Assembly (NCBI GenBank): GCA_964355515.1 | Contig: CAYHDV010000004.1 | Coordinates: forward strand, 1-54,623 | Reading direction: 5' to 3' | Origin: an uncultured Candidatus Saccharibacteria bacterium | GTDB lineage: Bacteria; Patescibacteriota; Minisyncoccia; Phycocordibacterales; CSBR16-119 | DNA: 54,623 nt | In this document: in pieces, positions 44,037 through 53,375 of the stretch | Layout: each line of letters starts with the position of its first letter | How positions within the stretch are numbered: the stretch's first letter is position 1 | Translations under genes and position numbers: made by a program | Notes under the pieces: generated by a model | Seen by the model: the letters and a program-made list of their open reading frames with translations, nothing else | What the model was told of the DNA's origin: nothing | Database searches by the model: none

Positions 44037-44906
44037 CTATTTAATCTTTTCAAATTCTACAAGACTTTCTTTCGCAATTTCTAGTAATTTCAGGTAGTGA
44101 GCTTTTATCGCCTGTTCTTCTTCTGTTAGAGATTTATGTTCCAAGTCTCCTATAGCAACACCAAGAGAGTCTCTCACCGTTTTAATTACATTCTCTCGAT
44201 ACACTTGCGCCCGATTATTTTCTTTCAAACTATCGATCACTGTGAGGATACTGACCCACTTATCCTTATATCTTTCTGGTGTCATGTCTCTATGCCAAGC
44301 AGATGGTCCAAAGCTTTCCTGGAATAATCCTATTTTCAATAATTTAATATGCTCTTTCGTGAACCACCCCTGCATCGGCTGAATGAAGCTTTCTGCTAAG
44401 ATAAATTCCCGAGAGTTCTCTTCTGAAAGTTCAGATTTTTCTTTTATAAGAGAAATAATCTGAGGAAAAAATCTATGCAAATCCAGCATAGTGTCAGTGT
44501 CTGTTTCAAATTGATATCTATAGACTATTGCTTCAGCAGTGTCCCCTAAAAATCCTTCTAAGGAATTCTTATCTTCTTTAGAAAGAGGGCCGAGTCCTCT
44601 AAGATATGTCAAAAACTTTTCTCCATTACTTATAGAGACGATACCTGTTGGGGCTTCGTATTGATCATCTTTTCTCCTTTCCAGAACAAGACCGATTTCA
44701 CTCAATTGAGTTTCTAATAAATCTAATGCGTTCCTCGCATCTGATTCTTTTTTTTCTGAAGATTCTAGATTATCAGCATCGCTCGCAACAAACTGCTGAT
44801 TCAAATAGTTAGTCATTAATGAAGAACGGTATGAACTAAGTTTATGGTAAAGATCTCCGAAATTTAATCTATGTTGAGGTGATTCAATTGAGTTATACCG
44901 ATCCAT
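44037..44906 (-). CDS. hypothetical soluble protein between lemA and htpX
   Basis: 289-aa ORF, 7 nt after lemA and 2 nt before htpX. No family recognised. Confidence 0.65.
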   Translation of the reverse strand: MDRYNSIESPQHRLNFGDLYHKLSSYRSSLMTNYLNQQFVASDADNLESSEKKESDARNALDLLETQLSEIGLVLERRKDDQYEAPTGIVSISNGEKFLTYLRGLGPLSKEDKNSLEGFLGDTAEAIVYRYQFETDTDTMLDLHRFFPQIISLIKEKSELSEENSREFILAESFIQPMQGWFTKEHIKLLKIGLFQESFGPSAWHRDMTPERYKDKWVSILTVIDSLKENNRAQVYRENVIKTVRDSLGVAIGDLEHKSLTEEEQAIKAHYLKLLEIAKESLVEFEKIK

Positions 44907-44913
44907 AAAGAAA

Positions 44914-45480
44914 TTAAAAACTCACCTTCACATTTTCCCTCTCTTCTGGGGCACCTTCAAGGTCGAAGAATTCTTTTTTAACAAAGCCAAACATACCTGC
45001 AATAATATTTGATGGGAATGTTTCTGTTTTGATATTAAGGTCTCGCACATTCGCATTGTAGAATCGGCGTGCTGCTTGAATTTTGTTTTCAGTATCAGAT
45101 AGTTCTCGTTGAAGTTCAAGGAAGTTTGTATTTGCCTTCAAATCTGGATAATTTTCAGAAACCGCAAAAAGTGATTTCAAAGTCCCCGACAACATGTTTT
45201 CAGCTTGGGCTGATTTTGCTGGATCACCTGCTGCTTCGGCATTCATAGCTGCTGTTCGCGCTTTGGTTACTGCTTCGAATACTCCGCTTTCATGTGTAGC
45301 GTAGCCTTTGACAGTTTCGATCAAGTTTGGAATCAAATCATAACGTCGTTTTAGTTGTACATCGATATCTGCCCACGCTTCTTCGGCTCGTGTACGCAAA
45401 GTAATAAATCCGTTGTAAGTTGCAGCAAGCCACAGGAGGGCGATAACAACAACGGCGATAAGAATATAAATAAGTGTCAT
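44914..45480 (-). CDS. lemA: LemA family protein
   Basis: N-terminal TM helix, then NGFITLRTRAEEAWADIDVQLKRRYDLIPNL and YNANVRDLN. Confidence 0.92.
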   Translation of the reverse strand: MTLIYILIAVVVIALLWLAATYNGFITLRTRAEEAWADIDVQLKRRYDLIPNLIETVKGYATHESGVFEAVTKARTAAMNAEAAGDPAKSAQAENMLSGTLKSLFAVSENYPDLKANTNFLELQRELSDTENKIQAARRFYNANVRDLNIKTETFPSNIIAGMFGFVKKEFFDLEGAPEERENVKVSF

Positions 45481-45550
45481 ATTTTATGTAATTAATTAAC
45501 TAGTAGCTATACCTCTATTATATTGCTATAGTGAACAAAAAACAATGCAC

Positions 45551-45949
45551 ATGAAAAATGTCCTTTTAATACTGCTTATATCTACTCCTTTTTTCTCTTT
45601 TTCTCAGGTAGCCCCAATGCCCGTTTCGAGAATCTCTGAATTTTTTGTACTTACCAAAATCGCAGGAATTCCTTGTGACTCGTGGGGTACGGATTGCTTT
45701 TTTGAAGCAAAACCCATTTTTGATAAGAAAAAAGACTACCCAGAATGGCTGACCGTAAAGACCGCCTATGCCATAAAAATTGATAAGGGCACAAAAATAT
45801 CTCGGGCTTATTCTGACGCAAATTCAATTTTCAAGAATACTGGGGTATCACTCAAAAACCCGATAATCGAGTTTAAAGAAGAAACGGAGGGCCAGGAATA
45901 CATCCTGATAGTCTATACAAAAGCAGTTTTCCCAAAAAAGAAGAAGTGA
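45551..45949 (+). CDS. hypothetical secreted protein
   Basis: Signal-peptide-like MKNVLLILLISTPFFSFSQ. A terminator follows. An alternative ATG lies at 45545. Confidence 0.55.
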   Translation: MKNVLLILLISTPFFSFSQVAPMPVSRISEFFVLTKIAGIPCDSWGTDCFFEAKPIFDKKKDYPEWLTVKTAYAIKIDKGTKISRAYSDANSIFKNTGVSLKNPIIEFKEETEGQEYILIVYTKAVFPKKKK

Positions 45950-45960
45950 AATTCTCTTTT

Positions 45961-45990
45961 GACCACCCAGTTATTTGGGTGGTTTTTTCT
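45961..45990 (+). terminator. rho-independent terminator
   Basis: ACCACCCA / TGGGTGGT stem followed by TTTTTT. Confidence 0.7.
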
Positions 45991-46044
45991 TTACTTGACT
46001 TTTATCCATTATGTATGTCATAATTGTGGAAACAATTAAAACCC

Positions 46045-46380
46045 ATGAAAAAGCTCTTTATAATATTTTTAATGTTCATATCTGCCCAGGCTTTTTCTCA
46101 AAAAGAGGTGTGGATAATGGAGCTGCTCTATGCAGACCAGTATGTGCACACAAGGCCCGATGGTACTGAAAAAGTGACCATGGATGTGACCTTTCGTGTG
46201 TTGCCGGAATCCTTATACAAACCAGGACACACTCCAGAAGGTGCCAGATTGTTCGTCCAGACAATGGATGAGAAAACATACGAGAAAATGATAGAAGATG
46301 GCCACCCCATCTTCAAAGAAGATGATCCCTCAAGAATCAAAAGATTCAAGGAATCCCCTCTTGAAAGTGAATCCAAATAA
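46045..46380 (+). CDS. hypothetical secreted protein
   Basis: Signal-peptide-like MKKLFIIFLMFISAQAFSQ. ATG at 46045. Confidence 0.55.
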   Translation: MKKLFIIFLMFISAQAFSQKEVWIMELLYADQYVHTRPDGTEKVTMDVTFRVLPESLYKPGHTPEGARLFVQTMDEKTYEKMIEDGHPIFKEDDPSRIKRFKESPLESESK

Positions 46381-46398
46381 GTGGTCTGTCCCTTATTT

Positions 46399-46430
46399 AA
46401 AAAGCCCAGTTTTTGTAACTGGGCTTTTTA
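46399..46430. terminator. bidirectional terminator
   Basis: GCCCAGTT / AACTGGGC stem flanked by AAAA and TTTTT. Confidence 0.75.
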
Positions 46431-46440
46431 GTTTTTCTAT

Positions 46441-47337
46441 TTAATTAGAAATTTCTTCTTTGGGTTTCATCAATACCAAAAGTGGGCTCGCAAGGAAGAT
46501 TGATGAATATGTTCCGATAATCATCCCAATTGCAAGAGTGATGGCAAACATCCTTGTGGTGTCAGGTCCAAATATTACCAAGGCAACAAGTACAATAACT
46601 GTTGAAAGTGAGGTGTTGATAGATCTCGCGAAAGTCTGAGTGATACTATCCCCCACAATATTATCAAAAGTTTCTTTTCCGTAATTTTTTAAGTTTTCTC
46701 GGATACGGTCGAACACCACGATAGTGTCATTGATAGATAGTCCAAGCACGGTTAGAAGTGCCACCACAAATAGGCTGTCTGCTGACCCTCCAGTGAAGTG
46801 CGAAATGATTGCAAATATTCCTGCAGTCACAACAACATCATGAAGTAAACTCACAATAACCACCATTCCATATCTCCAAGAAGATACTGGTTTTGAAACA
46901 TGTCGGAAAGCATATGCCACAAAGAGAGCAATAACAACCATTACAAGAAGAAGCGCCCAAAGTGTCTTTGTGGCCAGCTCTTTACCAAGGGAAGGCCCAA
47001 TAGAAGTGAATGATTCTTCTTTGATAGGAGCTTCCCCACCCAACGTCATTACACCAAATATCGAAGACCTCTCTTCTTCTGTAAGGTCTCTACTTTTTAG
47101 AAAAACTCCATTGTCTCCTGTTGGAAGCACTGTCACGTAATCATATGAAGCATTGTTAAGTGACATTTGTAGTGTTTCTATTTCTGGTCGCCCTTCTGGG
47201 TATGATATTTCAGCCAAAGAACCTCCTGTAAACTCAATCCCTGGGTTTATCCCAAACGCAACAAGTGAGGCTATTCCCAGAGCCACAAGAGTAGCTGATA
47301 GAGAGATGAAAAATATTTTGTATCGTATTATAAACAT
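46441..47337 (-). CDS. secF: protein translocase subunit SecF
   Basis: GIEFTGGS, 6 TM segments, SINDTIVVFDRIRENL. Confidence 0.93.
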   Translation of the reverse strand: MFIIRYKIFFISLSATLVALGIASLVAFGINPGIEFTGGSLAEISYPEGRPEIETLQMSLNNASYDYVTVLPTGDNGVFLKSRDLTEEERSSIFGVMTLGGEAPIKEESFTSIGPSLGKELATKTLWALLLVMVVIALFVAYAFRHVSKPVSSWRYGMVVIVSLLHDVVVTAGIFAIISHFTGGSADSLFVVALLTVLGLSINDTIVVFDRIRENLKNYGKETFDNIVGDSITQTFARSINTSLSTVIVLVALVIFGPDTTRMFAITLAIGMIIGTYSSIFLASPLLVLMKPKEEISN

Positions 47338-47342
47338 AAGTA

Positions 47343-48671
47343 TTATTTAGTTAAACCAGTTCCAAACAAGAATTGGCGGATTTTACCATCCTTTGTGTGA
47401 GTAAAAGCGAACAGCAGTAATCGAGTGATGGTAACAGCAGAAACCATACTTACAATAACTCCAAGTACAAAAGTCAGTGCAAATCCTTGGATAAGGGCTG
47501 ACCCAAACCAAAATAGGATTACTCCAGTAATAAGGCTTGAGATATTGGAATCTCGAATAGATAGCCATGCTCGAGAAAATCCTTCTCGAAGAGCATCGTA
47601 TGTTGTTCGTCCAGCTCGAAGCTCTTCTTTCATTCGCTCAAAGATAAGGACATTACCATCAACTGCAATACCTAGGGATATGATAAACCCAGCAATACCA
47701 GCAGATGTAAGTGTCACAGGAATAATCTTGAATAGAGCAAACATGATAGCTGTATAGAAAAGAAGTGCCACAATAGCAATCAGTCCTGGTAGCCGATACC
47801 AGAATATAAAGAATATCGTCAAAAGAAGAAGTCCTATAATTCCTGAAAATATCCCGGCCTCAACTGCGCTATCTCCAAGAGTAGCCCCAACTGTTTGAGT
47901 AGAGATGAGCTCTATCGGAACAGGAAGTGCTCCTGAGTTTAATCTTCCTACAAGTTGCTTGGCTTCTTCAGCATCAAAGTTTCCGGTGATTGTCGCCTCT
48001 CCTCCAGCGATTGCACTTTGGATAACAGGTGTTGAGATAGGTGCACCATCCAAAAATACAGCAAGGATTTCTCCTGTGTGTTCTGTTGTTATTTTCTCAA
48101 ACAAATCTGCTCCTTCTTTGTTGAATTGGATTGCCACAACTGGCTGGCTAGAAAATCCGCCAGATTGCCCTGCTTGAGTGAAGACCAAACTTGATTGTTC
48201 AAGAAACTTCCCTGTAAGTCCAGTTGAGATAAACATCTCTTCTAGAGGTGCGCCCTCTCCTGCATTTGGATTTTGGAGTTTGAATTCTAGGAGTGGGGTC
48301 TGCCCTATCATCTCAACTGCTTGATTGATGTCTGTCACACCAGGCAAGTCAATTACAAGACGATTCTCGTCGATATCTGCGATGCTGATCTCCTGTGTCT
48401 GAACATTTGTTTCTGCTACACCAAAGAGGTTGATTCTTCTTTCGATTACATCCCGAAGAGACTCCATAGATTCCTCTACTCGAGCTGGGTCTAATTCTGA
48501 GACATCTGCCTTGTACACAAGATGTGTACCTCCAGAGAGGTCAAGTCCAAGCTTAAATGCTAAATTCCCTTTTGCGTTGCTATTTAATCCTGGCTCACTG
48601 CTGTATACAAAAAAAGCTATGGCTAAACCAACAAGCAGGATAAATACTGCGATTAATCTTTGTTTTATCAT
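47343..48671 (-). CDS. secD: protein translocase subunit SecD
   Basis: LGLDLSGGTHLVY, GIAVDGNVLIFERMKEE. ATG at 48671; the track start at 48698 is TTG. Confidence 0.92.
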   Translation of the reverse strand: MIKQRLIAVFILLVGLAIAFFVYSSEPGLNSNAKGNLAFKLGLDLSGGTHLVYKADVSELDPARVEESMESLRDVIERRINLFGVAETNVQTQEISIADIDENRLVIDLPGVTDINQAVEMIGQTPLLEFKLQNPNAGEGAPLEEMFISTGLTGKFLEQSSLVFTQAGQSGGFSSQPVVAIQFNKEGADLFEKITTEHTGEILAVFLDGAPISTPVIQSAIAGGEATITGNFDAEEAKQLVGRLNSGALPVPIELISTQTVGATLGDSAVEAGIFSGIIGLLLLTIFFIFWYRLPGLIAIVALLFYTAIMFALFKIIPVTLTSAGIAGFIISLGIAVDGNVLIFERMKEELRAGRTTYDALREGFSRAWLSIRDSNISSLITGVILFWFGSALIQGFALTFVLGVIVSMVSAVTITRLLLFAFTHTKDGKIRQFLFGTGLTK

Positions 48672-48770
48672 GGGCTTATAATACTCTCTTTTTGACAAAA
48701 ATGAAAGATATTGACAAAGATAAAAAACCTTTGAAATATAAGGTTATTTGTGGTGGTTTACTTAAATCTC

Positions 48771-48799
48771 TTGACAAATACTATGCTACATGCTATGAT
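48771..48799 (+). promoter_or_regulatory. sigma70-like promoter for the lipoprotein gene
   Basis: TTGACA (48771-48776), 17-nt spacer, TATGAT (48794-48799). Confidence 0.5.
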
Positions 48800-48843
48800 A
48801 TACTTAATAAATACAGTTCTAACCAAATCAATATCAATCAAAA

Positions 48844-49410
48844 ATGAAAAAAGTAAGCACAGTGCTCATGATTGCCGTTTCCTTTGCAATGTTCTTCACC
48901 TCTTGCTCTGACCCGCTTGATTATCAAGCTGTACAGAAAGAAAAAGCAAAAGTTGAAAGTGGCTTTGTGGAAACGCCTGATGGCTACAGCCGAGCTGTTG
49001 TTGCCGGGCTTCCAGAAGAGCTCTCTGTAAAAGAGAGACTCGAATCTCCTCTTGCCCCTGTTCGTATTGCGACAATTCTTCCAAACGGAGATACTACTTA
49101 CGCGGCAATATCTTCCGAGATTGTTGCAAGTTTTCTCGGAATGGGAGATTCAGTATTTGTGAATAACAATAACAAGCTTCTCAAAACCATGGGAGAGATC
49201 GTACCTGATACTGCATATGGAAGAATTGTCTCTGTACATAAGCTATTAGGAAGGACCCACCATGTTTGCGTGCTTATAGGAAATTGTTTTTCACCAATAC
49301 GTGTATCGATCGGAAACTCTGGAATCCCAGAGGACTTCCTTGTCCTAGACCATCCAATCATGATAGAGACTGGTAATGAAATATTTGGACCTCGGGGAAT
49401 CATGCCCTGA
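48844..49410 (+). CDS. hypothetical lipoprotein
   Basis: Signal peptide with a lipobox-like FFTSC. 188 aa. Confidence 0.65.
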   Translation: MKKVSTVLMIAVSFAMFFTSCSDPLDYQAVQKEKAKVESGFVETPDGYSRAVVAGLPEELSVKERLESPLAPVRIATILPNGDTTYAAISSEIVASFLGMGDSVFVNNNNKLLKTMGEIVPDTAYGRIVSVHKLLGRTHHVCVLIGNCFSPIRVSIGNSGIPEDFLVLDHPIMIETGNEIFGPRGIMP

Positions 49411-49433
49411 AATTGAATAGACCTACTTGATTG

Positions 49434-49466
49434 AAAAGCCCCGCCAATTCGGCGGGGCTTTTTTGT
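49434..49466 (+). terminator. rho-independent terminator
   Basis: GCCCCGCC / GGCGGGGC with loop AATTC, followed by TTTTTTGTTT. Confidence 0.8.
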
Positions 49467-49495
49467 TTGGGGTTTAAATGAATCGAGCGAAGGCT

Positions 49496-49534
49496 CCCCC
49501 TCTCCTTGCTAAGGAGAGGGCTGGGGTGAGGTAG
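49496..49534. repeat. left 39-nt inverted repeat flanking the DUF559 gene
   Basis: CCCCCTCTCCTTGCTAAGGAGAGGGCTGGGGTGAGGTAG matches the reverse complement of 49907-49945 at 35 of 39 positions. Internal palindrome CTCTCCTTGCTAAGGAGAG. Confidence 0.8.
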
Positions 49535-49874
49535 ACTGAATCTTTAGTAGTACTCCTTCGATATTCGTATTGATTTCATTATTCCAAAAACGAAGGATAG
49601 CGTATCCAAGAGAGACGAGATATTGATCTCGTTCTGTATCATATGCTTTGTTTTCTATATGTTGTGAACCATCTATCTCTACAATGAGCCGCCTTTCACT
49701 ACAATAGAAATCAACAATGTATTTACCGATACTTATTTGTCTTTTCCACTTGAATCCTGTTTGACTGTTTCTGAGTTTTGACCAGAGGATGGTTTCTTGT
49801 GGTGTTTGAGTTTTTCTGAGATTTCTTCGCTGGTCTTTCTTTTTTATTTGATTTATCGTTTGATGTTTTCGCAT
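49509..49874 (-). CDS. DUF559 endonuclease-domain protein (Vsr-like fold family)
   Basis: ETILWSKLRN...FKWKRQISIGKYIVDFYCSERRLIVEIDGSQH...DTERDQYLVSLGYAILRFWNNEI. Confidence 0.85.
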   Translation of the reverse strand: MRKHQTINQIKKKDQRRNLRKTQTPQETILWSKLRNSQTGFKWKRQISIGKYIVDFYCSERRLIVEIDGSQHIENKAYDTERDQYLVSLGYAILRFWNNEINTNIEGVLLKIQSTSPQPSP

Positions 49875-49906
49875 GGTGATAACATTGATGTTTTGTGAGC
49901 ACTTAT

Positions 49907-49945
49907 CTACCTCACCTCAATCCTCTCCTTAGCAAGGAGAGGAGG
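49907..49945. repeat. right 39-nt inverted repeat flanking the DUF559 gene
   Basis: CTACCTCACCTCAATCCTCTCCTTAGCAAGGAGAGGAGG. Confidence 0.8.
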
Positions 49946-49995
49946 ACAAGATCGAACATCTTGTGATTTTATTTTTTACTTCTAAAATCTACAGT

Positions 49996-50514
49996 CTAAC
50001 GTCTAATAACCAACCGATACATCAAATACGCCACAAGCCATCCACCAAGAATATCTATTGGGTAGTGGACTCCGGTGATTATCCGCGCGACTGCAAGAAG
50101 CGTGGAAAGAAAAATAAAAAACATTCCTGCTTTTTTGTGATATTGATATACCGCTAAAGCAAGTGCCATATAAAAAGTGGCATGCCCAGAAGGAAACGAG
50201 TCAAAGGATCCGGGCATAGATAGTGGGTTTATAATTAATGCTTCGTATGGTCTCGGGTGTGCAAATATAAGTTTCAAAAACCCAGCTACAGCCCACGATC
50301 CAAGAGGGATAAACAACAAAGACCTCCATTCTTTTAAATGCTGAGTAAATTCTCTAAAAATTGATTTGAACCCATGCTTATGAAGTCCGGTAAATAGCGC
50401 CATACCAACAGCAATAAACAAACCAAACCACCCCGCCAAAAACAGCCAGACTTCTGGATGGTATGCAGAAAAACCATGTAAATATAAAAATAATTCTGTG
50501 TTTAAATCTTGCAT
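49996..50514 (-). CDS. PAP2 family phosphatase (undecaprenyl-diphosphatase-like)
   Basis: KLIFAHPRP, FPSGHA and ARIITGVHYPIDILGG match the KX6RP / PSGH / SRX5HX3D pattern. Confidence 0.88.
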   Translation of the reverse strand: MQDLNTELFLYLHGFSAYHPEVWLFLAGWFGLFIAVGMALFTGLHKHGFKSIFREFTQHLKEWRSLLFIPLGSWAVAGFLKLIFAHPRPYEALIINPLSMPGSFDSFPSGHATFYMALALAVYQYHKKAGMFFIFLSTLLAVARIITGVHYPIDILGGWLVAYLMYRLVIRR

Positions 50515-51284
50515 GCTTTAAGTAAATTTTTAAATAATATAGCTATAGTAACAGGTCCAATCCCCCCAGGAACAGGGGTTAGTAAGCTCGCGATCTCTTG
50601 GCACTTCGGGTCAGCATCACCATCTAGTTTACCAGCTTTTTCACTTGTGCCAGCGTCCAGCATCACTACTCCCTCTTTAATCATATCTGTTTTTATAAAA
50701 TGTGGATCCCCTGCTCCAGTGATTATGATATCGGCATTTTTAAGAAGTGCTTCCCTTTGTGACTTTGGAGTATCAAGTGTAATAACATCTGGCACCAGTC
50801 CCATCTCCTCTAGTTTGATTTTTGTTGGTAGCCCCACAAGCTTCCCTTCACCTACCACCACAATACTTTTGTCTTTTAAATCAATATCATATCTATAGAG
50901 TATCTCAAATATAGCCCCGGTGACAGGAGCTACAAAGTCTCCCCCATTTAAAGCATCTATATCTTTTTCTTTTGGAATTTTCGATATTATAGACCTCTCG
51001 TCTAAATGCCTTGGCAGTGGAAGCTGGACAACAATCCCATCAGTGGTGAGGCTAGCAACAGCCAACTCCACTTGTTCTTGTGTGGCCGTCTCTGGAAGAA
51101 TTTTTAGCCAAACCTCAACACCAATATCCTCACCAAATTTCTTTTTCAAAGAGACAAATTTCTCTGAAGCTTTGTCATCTCCCACTAAAACAATCCCAAG
51201 AGATGGAACAATTGGAATGGTTTTTATAAAAGACTTTAATTTTTCTTTTATTTCTTGTTGGATTTTTTTTCCATCGACTATCAT
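50502..51284 (-). CDS. folD: bifunctional methylenetetrahydrofolate dehydrogenase/cyclohydrolase
   Basis: MIVDGKKIQQEIKE, VQLPLP, VVGEGKLVGLP, TPVPGGIGPVTIA. ATG at 51284. Its 3' end overlaps the PAP2 gene by 13 nt. Confidence 0.93.
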   Translation of the reverse strand: MIVDGKKIQQEIKEKLKSFIKTIPIVPSLGIVLVGDDKASEKFVSLKKKFGEDIGVEVWLKILPETATQEQVELAVASLTTDGIVVQLPLPRHLDERSIISKIPKEKDIDALNGGDFVAPVTGAIFEILYRYDIDLKDKSIVVVGEGKLVGLPTKIKLEEMGLVPDVITLDTPKSQREALLKNADIIITGAGDPHFIKTDMIKEGVVMLDAGTSEKAGKLDGDADPKCQEIASLLTPVPGGIGPVTIAILFKNLLKACKI

Positions 51285-51288
51285 ACGT

Positions 51289-52413
51289 CTAGTATCCGGT
51301 AAACTCATATCTCATGTCATCCCTATGAATCGCTCGACTATCTCTTCTCATACTCATGAGAATACCAAGAGCCACGAACTCAGCGAGAAGGTGTGAACCA
51401 CCGTTACTCATAAACGGTAAGGTGATCCCTGTAACCGGCATGAGCCCAATGTTCATACCTATGTTAATAGCAATGTGAGAAAACAACATAATGGCAACCC
51501 CTACCCCAAAGAGAGTTTCAAAATTACTTGACCCTTTTCTTGCATTATCAAGAACCCGCCAAATAACAACAAGATAAGAAAGTATCACAAGCATGGCACC
51601 AACAAACCCCCATTCCTCTGAAAAAGCTGCGAAGATAAAATCTGTTTCGTATTCTGGGAGGAATTGAAGGCGAGACTGGGTCCCATATCCAACACCCTTA
51701 CCCAAAAGCTGTCCAGAACCCACAGCGATGGTAGATTGATACGCATTGTATCCTGTACCCTGTATGTCTGTTAATGGATTCAGGAAACTTGTGATTCTAG
51801 CTTTTTGATATGGAACAAAAACAAAAAACCAAAGCATGGCAAAGATCAGTGCCCCAGAACCAAGAACAATAAGCAGGTGTTTTTTGTTTATTCCTGACAC
51901 CAGAATCATCCCAAACCAAATAAGGAGAATAATCATCGCTGTTCCAAAGTCCGGCTGAAGAAAGACCAAAAAAAATGGAATAAAAGCATACAAGCCAGAA
52001 ATAATAATGTGTTTAACATTTCCAATTTCAACGTGTCGTCTTGAAAAATATTTGGCAAGAATCAAAATAAGAACAACTTTTACAAGGTCTGCTGGCTGGA
52101 AAGAAAAGAATCCAAAATTAAACCAGCTTTGAGCGCCATTGACGGTCGACCCCACAAAAAATAGTGCCACGAGTACCAAAACAAAAAATATATATAAAGA
52201 AACAAGGGCCTTTGTTTTCTTGAAAAAGAAAACATCAAAAAATGAAATACTGAAAAAAACTCCGAAAGAAATAATAATCCAGATTAACTGACGCCAAAAA
52301 AGTCCCGCCTCAGGTCCAAAAGAAGTCATGGTGATAAGCCCTGCCCCAAGAATTGGTAGTGTAAACAAAACAAGAACCCAGTCAATATGTTTAAGTGAGA
52401 GAAGTTTATTCAT
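51289..52413 (-). CDS. SEDS-family peptidoglycan glycosyltransferase (RodA/FtsW)
   Basis: About 10 TM segments, with QPADLVKV, PDFGTA, TDFIFAAFSEEWGF and TGITLPFMSNGGS. Confidence 0.9.
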   Translation of the reverse strand: MNKLLSLKHIDWVLVLFTLPILGAGLITMTSFGPEAGLFWRQLIWIIISFGVFFSISFFDVFFFKKTKALVSLYIFFVLVLVALFFVGSTVNGAQSWFNFGFFSFQPADLVKVVLILILAKYFSRRHVEIGNVKHIIISGLYAFIPFFLVFLQPDFGTAMIILLIWFGMILVSGINKKHLLIVLGSGALIFAMLWFFVFVPYQKARITSFLNPLTDIQGTGYNAYQSTIAVGSGQLLGKGVGYGTQSRLQFLPEYETDFIFAAFSEEWGFVGAMLVILSYLVVIWRVLDNARKGSSNFETLFGVGVAIMLFSHIAINIGMNIGLMPVTGITLPFMSNGGSHLLAEFVALGILMSMRRDSRAIHRDDMRYEFTGY

Positions 52414-52415
52414 TG

Positions 52416-53189
52416 CTAGTCAAACAAATCAAGCCGAGGGATAATCTCAATAGAAACAACCTCTGTATCAAAAGGCTCCGGCCATGTAAAAAATACCTTT
52501 TTTGAAGTAGACCCAGAAAGACTATCTACGAATGTCCCGCTCGAATTAATCATATTTCCGTCTTTGTCATAAAGAATAGCCACCACATCAAAACTCTTTA
52601 TAGAAAGAAGAGTTCCGTTTAATAATGTAGCTTCTAGAAGAGGACTTGTATCTTCGTTTTTGAGAATTTTGTCTTTGACAACTACAGAAACATTTGAAAG
52701 CTCCCGAGATCCAATTTTTTCCCATTTGGGTTTGTCACCGGTAAAAGCAAAAGTAGTTCGAACAGGTATTCTATTCCCAACATCTATCGCACCTTCAAAA
52801 ATTGCAGTGTTTGCGTTTGCATCAATAAATGTTGAGCCCTTTCTTTTTTTGATAAGAAGATTGTCTTTGTCGTATAAATTGAACTCATAGGAAATAGATT
52901 CTACTCCTGCATAAGGGTTTTGATTCTGGATATATGCGAGAGCATTGTATCTCCCTGGCACGATCTCCTTTGCGTTTGACCAAAGAACAATCAAATCTTT
53001 TGCTTGTTCTTCACAAATAAGAGCACAATCACCACCACAATCAATACCAAACTCCGAACCATTCAATTTGCCATCAAAACAAGTTGGTTCTTGTTTTAAA
53101 TAAGGAATCAACAAATATGCAACAACCAAAATAATAGAGATGAATATCCCCCCAAATATTTTTAATTGATGTTTCTGTGCCCAATTCAT
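52416..53189 (-). CDS. hypothetical membrane-anchored protein
   Basis: ATG at 53189 (MNWAQKHQLKIFGGIFISIILVVAYLL). The track ORF to 53261 runs through the rRNA terminator, so it was trimmed. Confidence 0.6.
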   Translation of the reverse strand: MNWAQKHQLKIFGGIFISIILVVAYLLIPYLKQEPTCFDGKLNGSEFGIDCGGDCALICEEQAKDLIVLWSNAKEIVPGRYNALAYIQNQNPYAGVESISYEFNLYDKDNLLIKKRKGSTFIDANANTAIFEGAIDVGNRIPVRTTFAFTGDKPKWEKIGSRELSNVSVVVKDKILKNEDTSPLLEATLLNGTLLSIKSFDVVAILYDKDGNMINSSGTFVDSLSGSTSKKVFFTWPEPFDTEVVSIEIIPRLDLFD

Positions 53190-53211
53190 AAGACTAGTAT
53201 ATCCTAGAACT

Positions 53212-53249
53212 CCCAAAACAAAAACAGCACACGAATGTGTGCTGTTTTT
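53212..53249 (-). terminator. rRNA operon terminator after the 5S rRNA
   Basis: CAGCACAC / GTGTGCTG stem. The plus-strand A-run 53212-53224 gives a U-run on the minus strand. Confidence 0.8.
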
Positions 53250-53262
53250 GTTTAAATTCATT

Positions 53263-53375
53263 GTCCTGGCGACAACTTACTTTCCCCATTAAAAGAGTAT
53301 CATCAGCTCAAGAGGGCTTAACTTCCGTATTCGGAATGAGAACGGGTGTGACCCCTCCGATAAATCACCAGGACA
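53263..53375 (-). rRNA. rrf: 5S ribosomal RNA
   Basis: The minus strand reads GTCCTGGTGATTTATCGGAGGGGTCACACCCGTTCTCATTCCGAATACGGAAGTTAAGCCCTCTTGAGCTGATGATACT...GTCGCCAGGAC, with closing-helix complementarity. Confidence 0.93.

Noticed and set aside
52416-53261. Long form of the 281-aa ORF, and similarly the long forms 1786-2622, 4916-5260, 33474-33950 and 15008-16831
   Set aside because: The N-terminal extensions run through a terminator, a neighbouring gene's 3' end or a promoter box. Internal ATG starts give canonical N-termini, for example MLMIRLQR for S16 and MSIFKEF for MscL.
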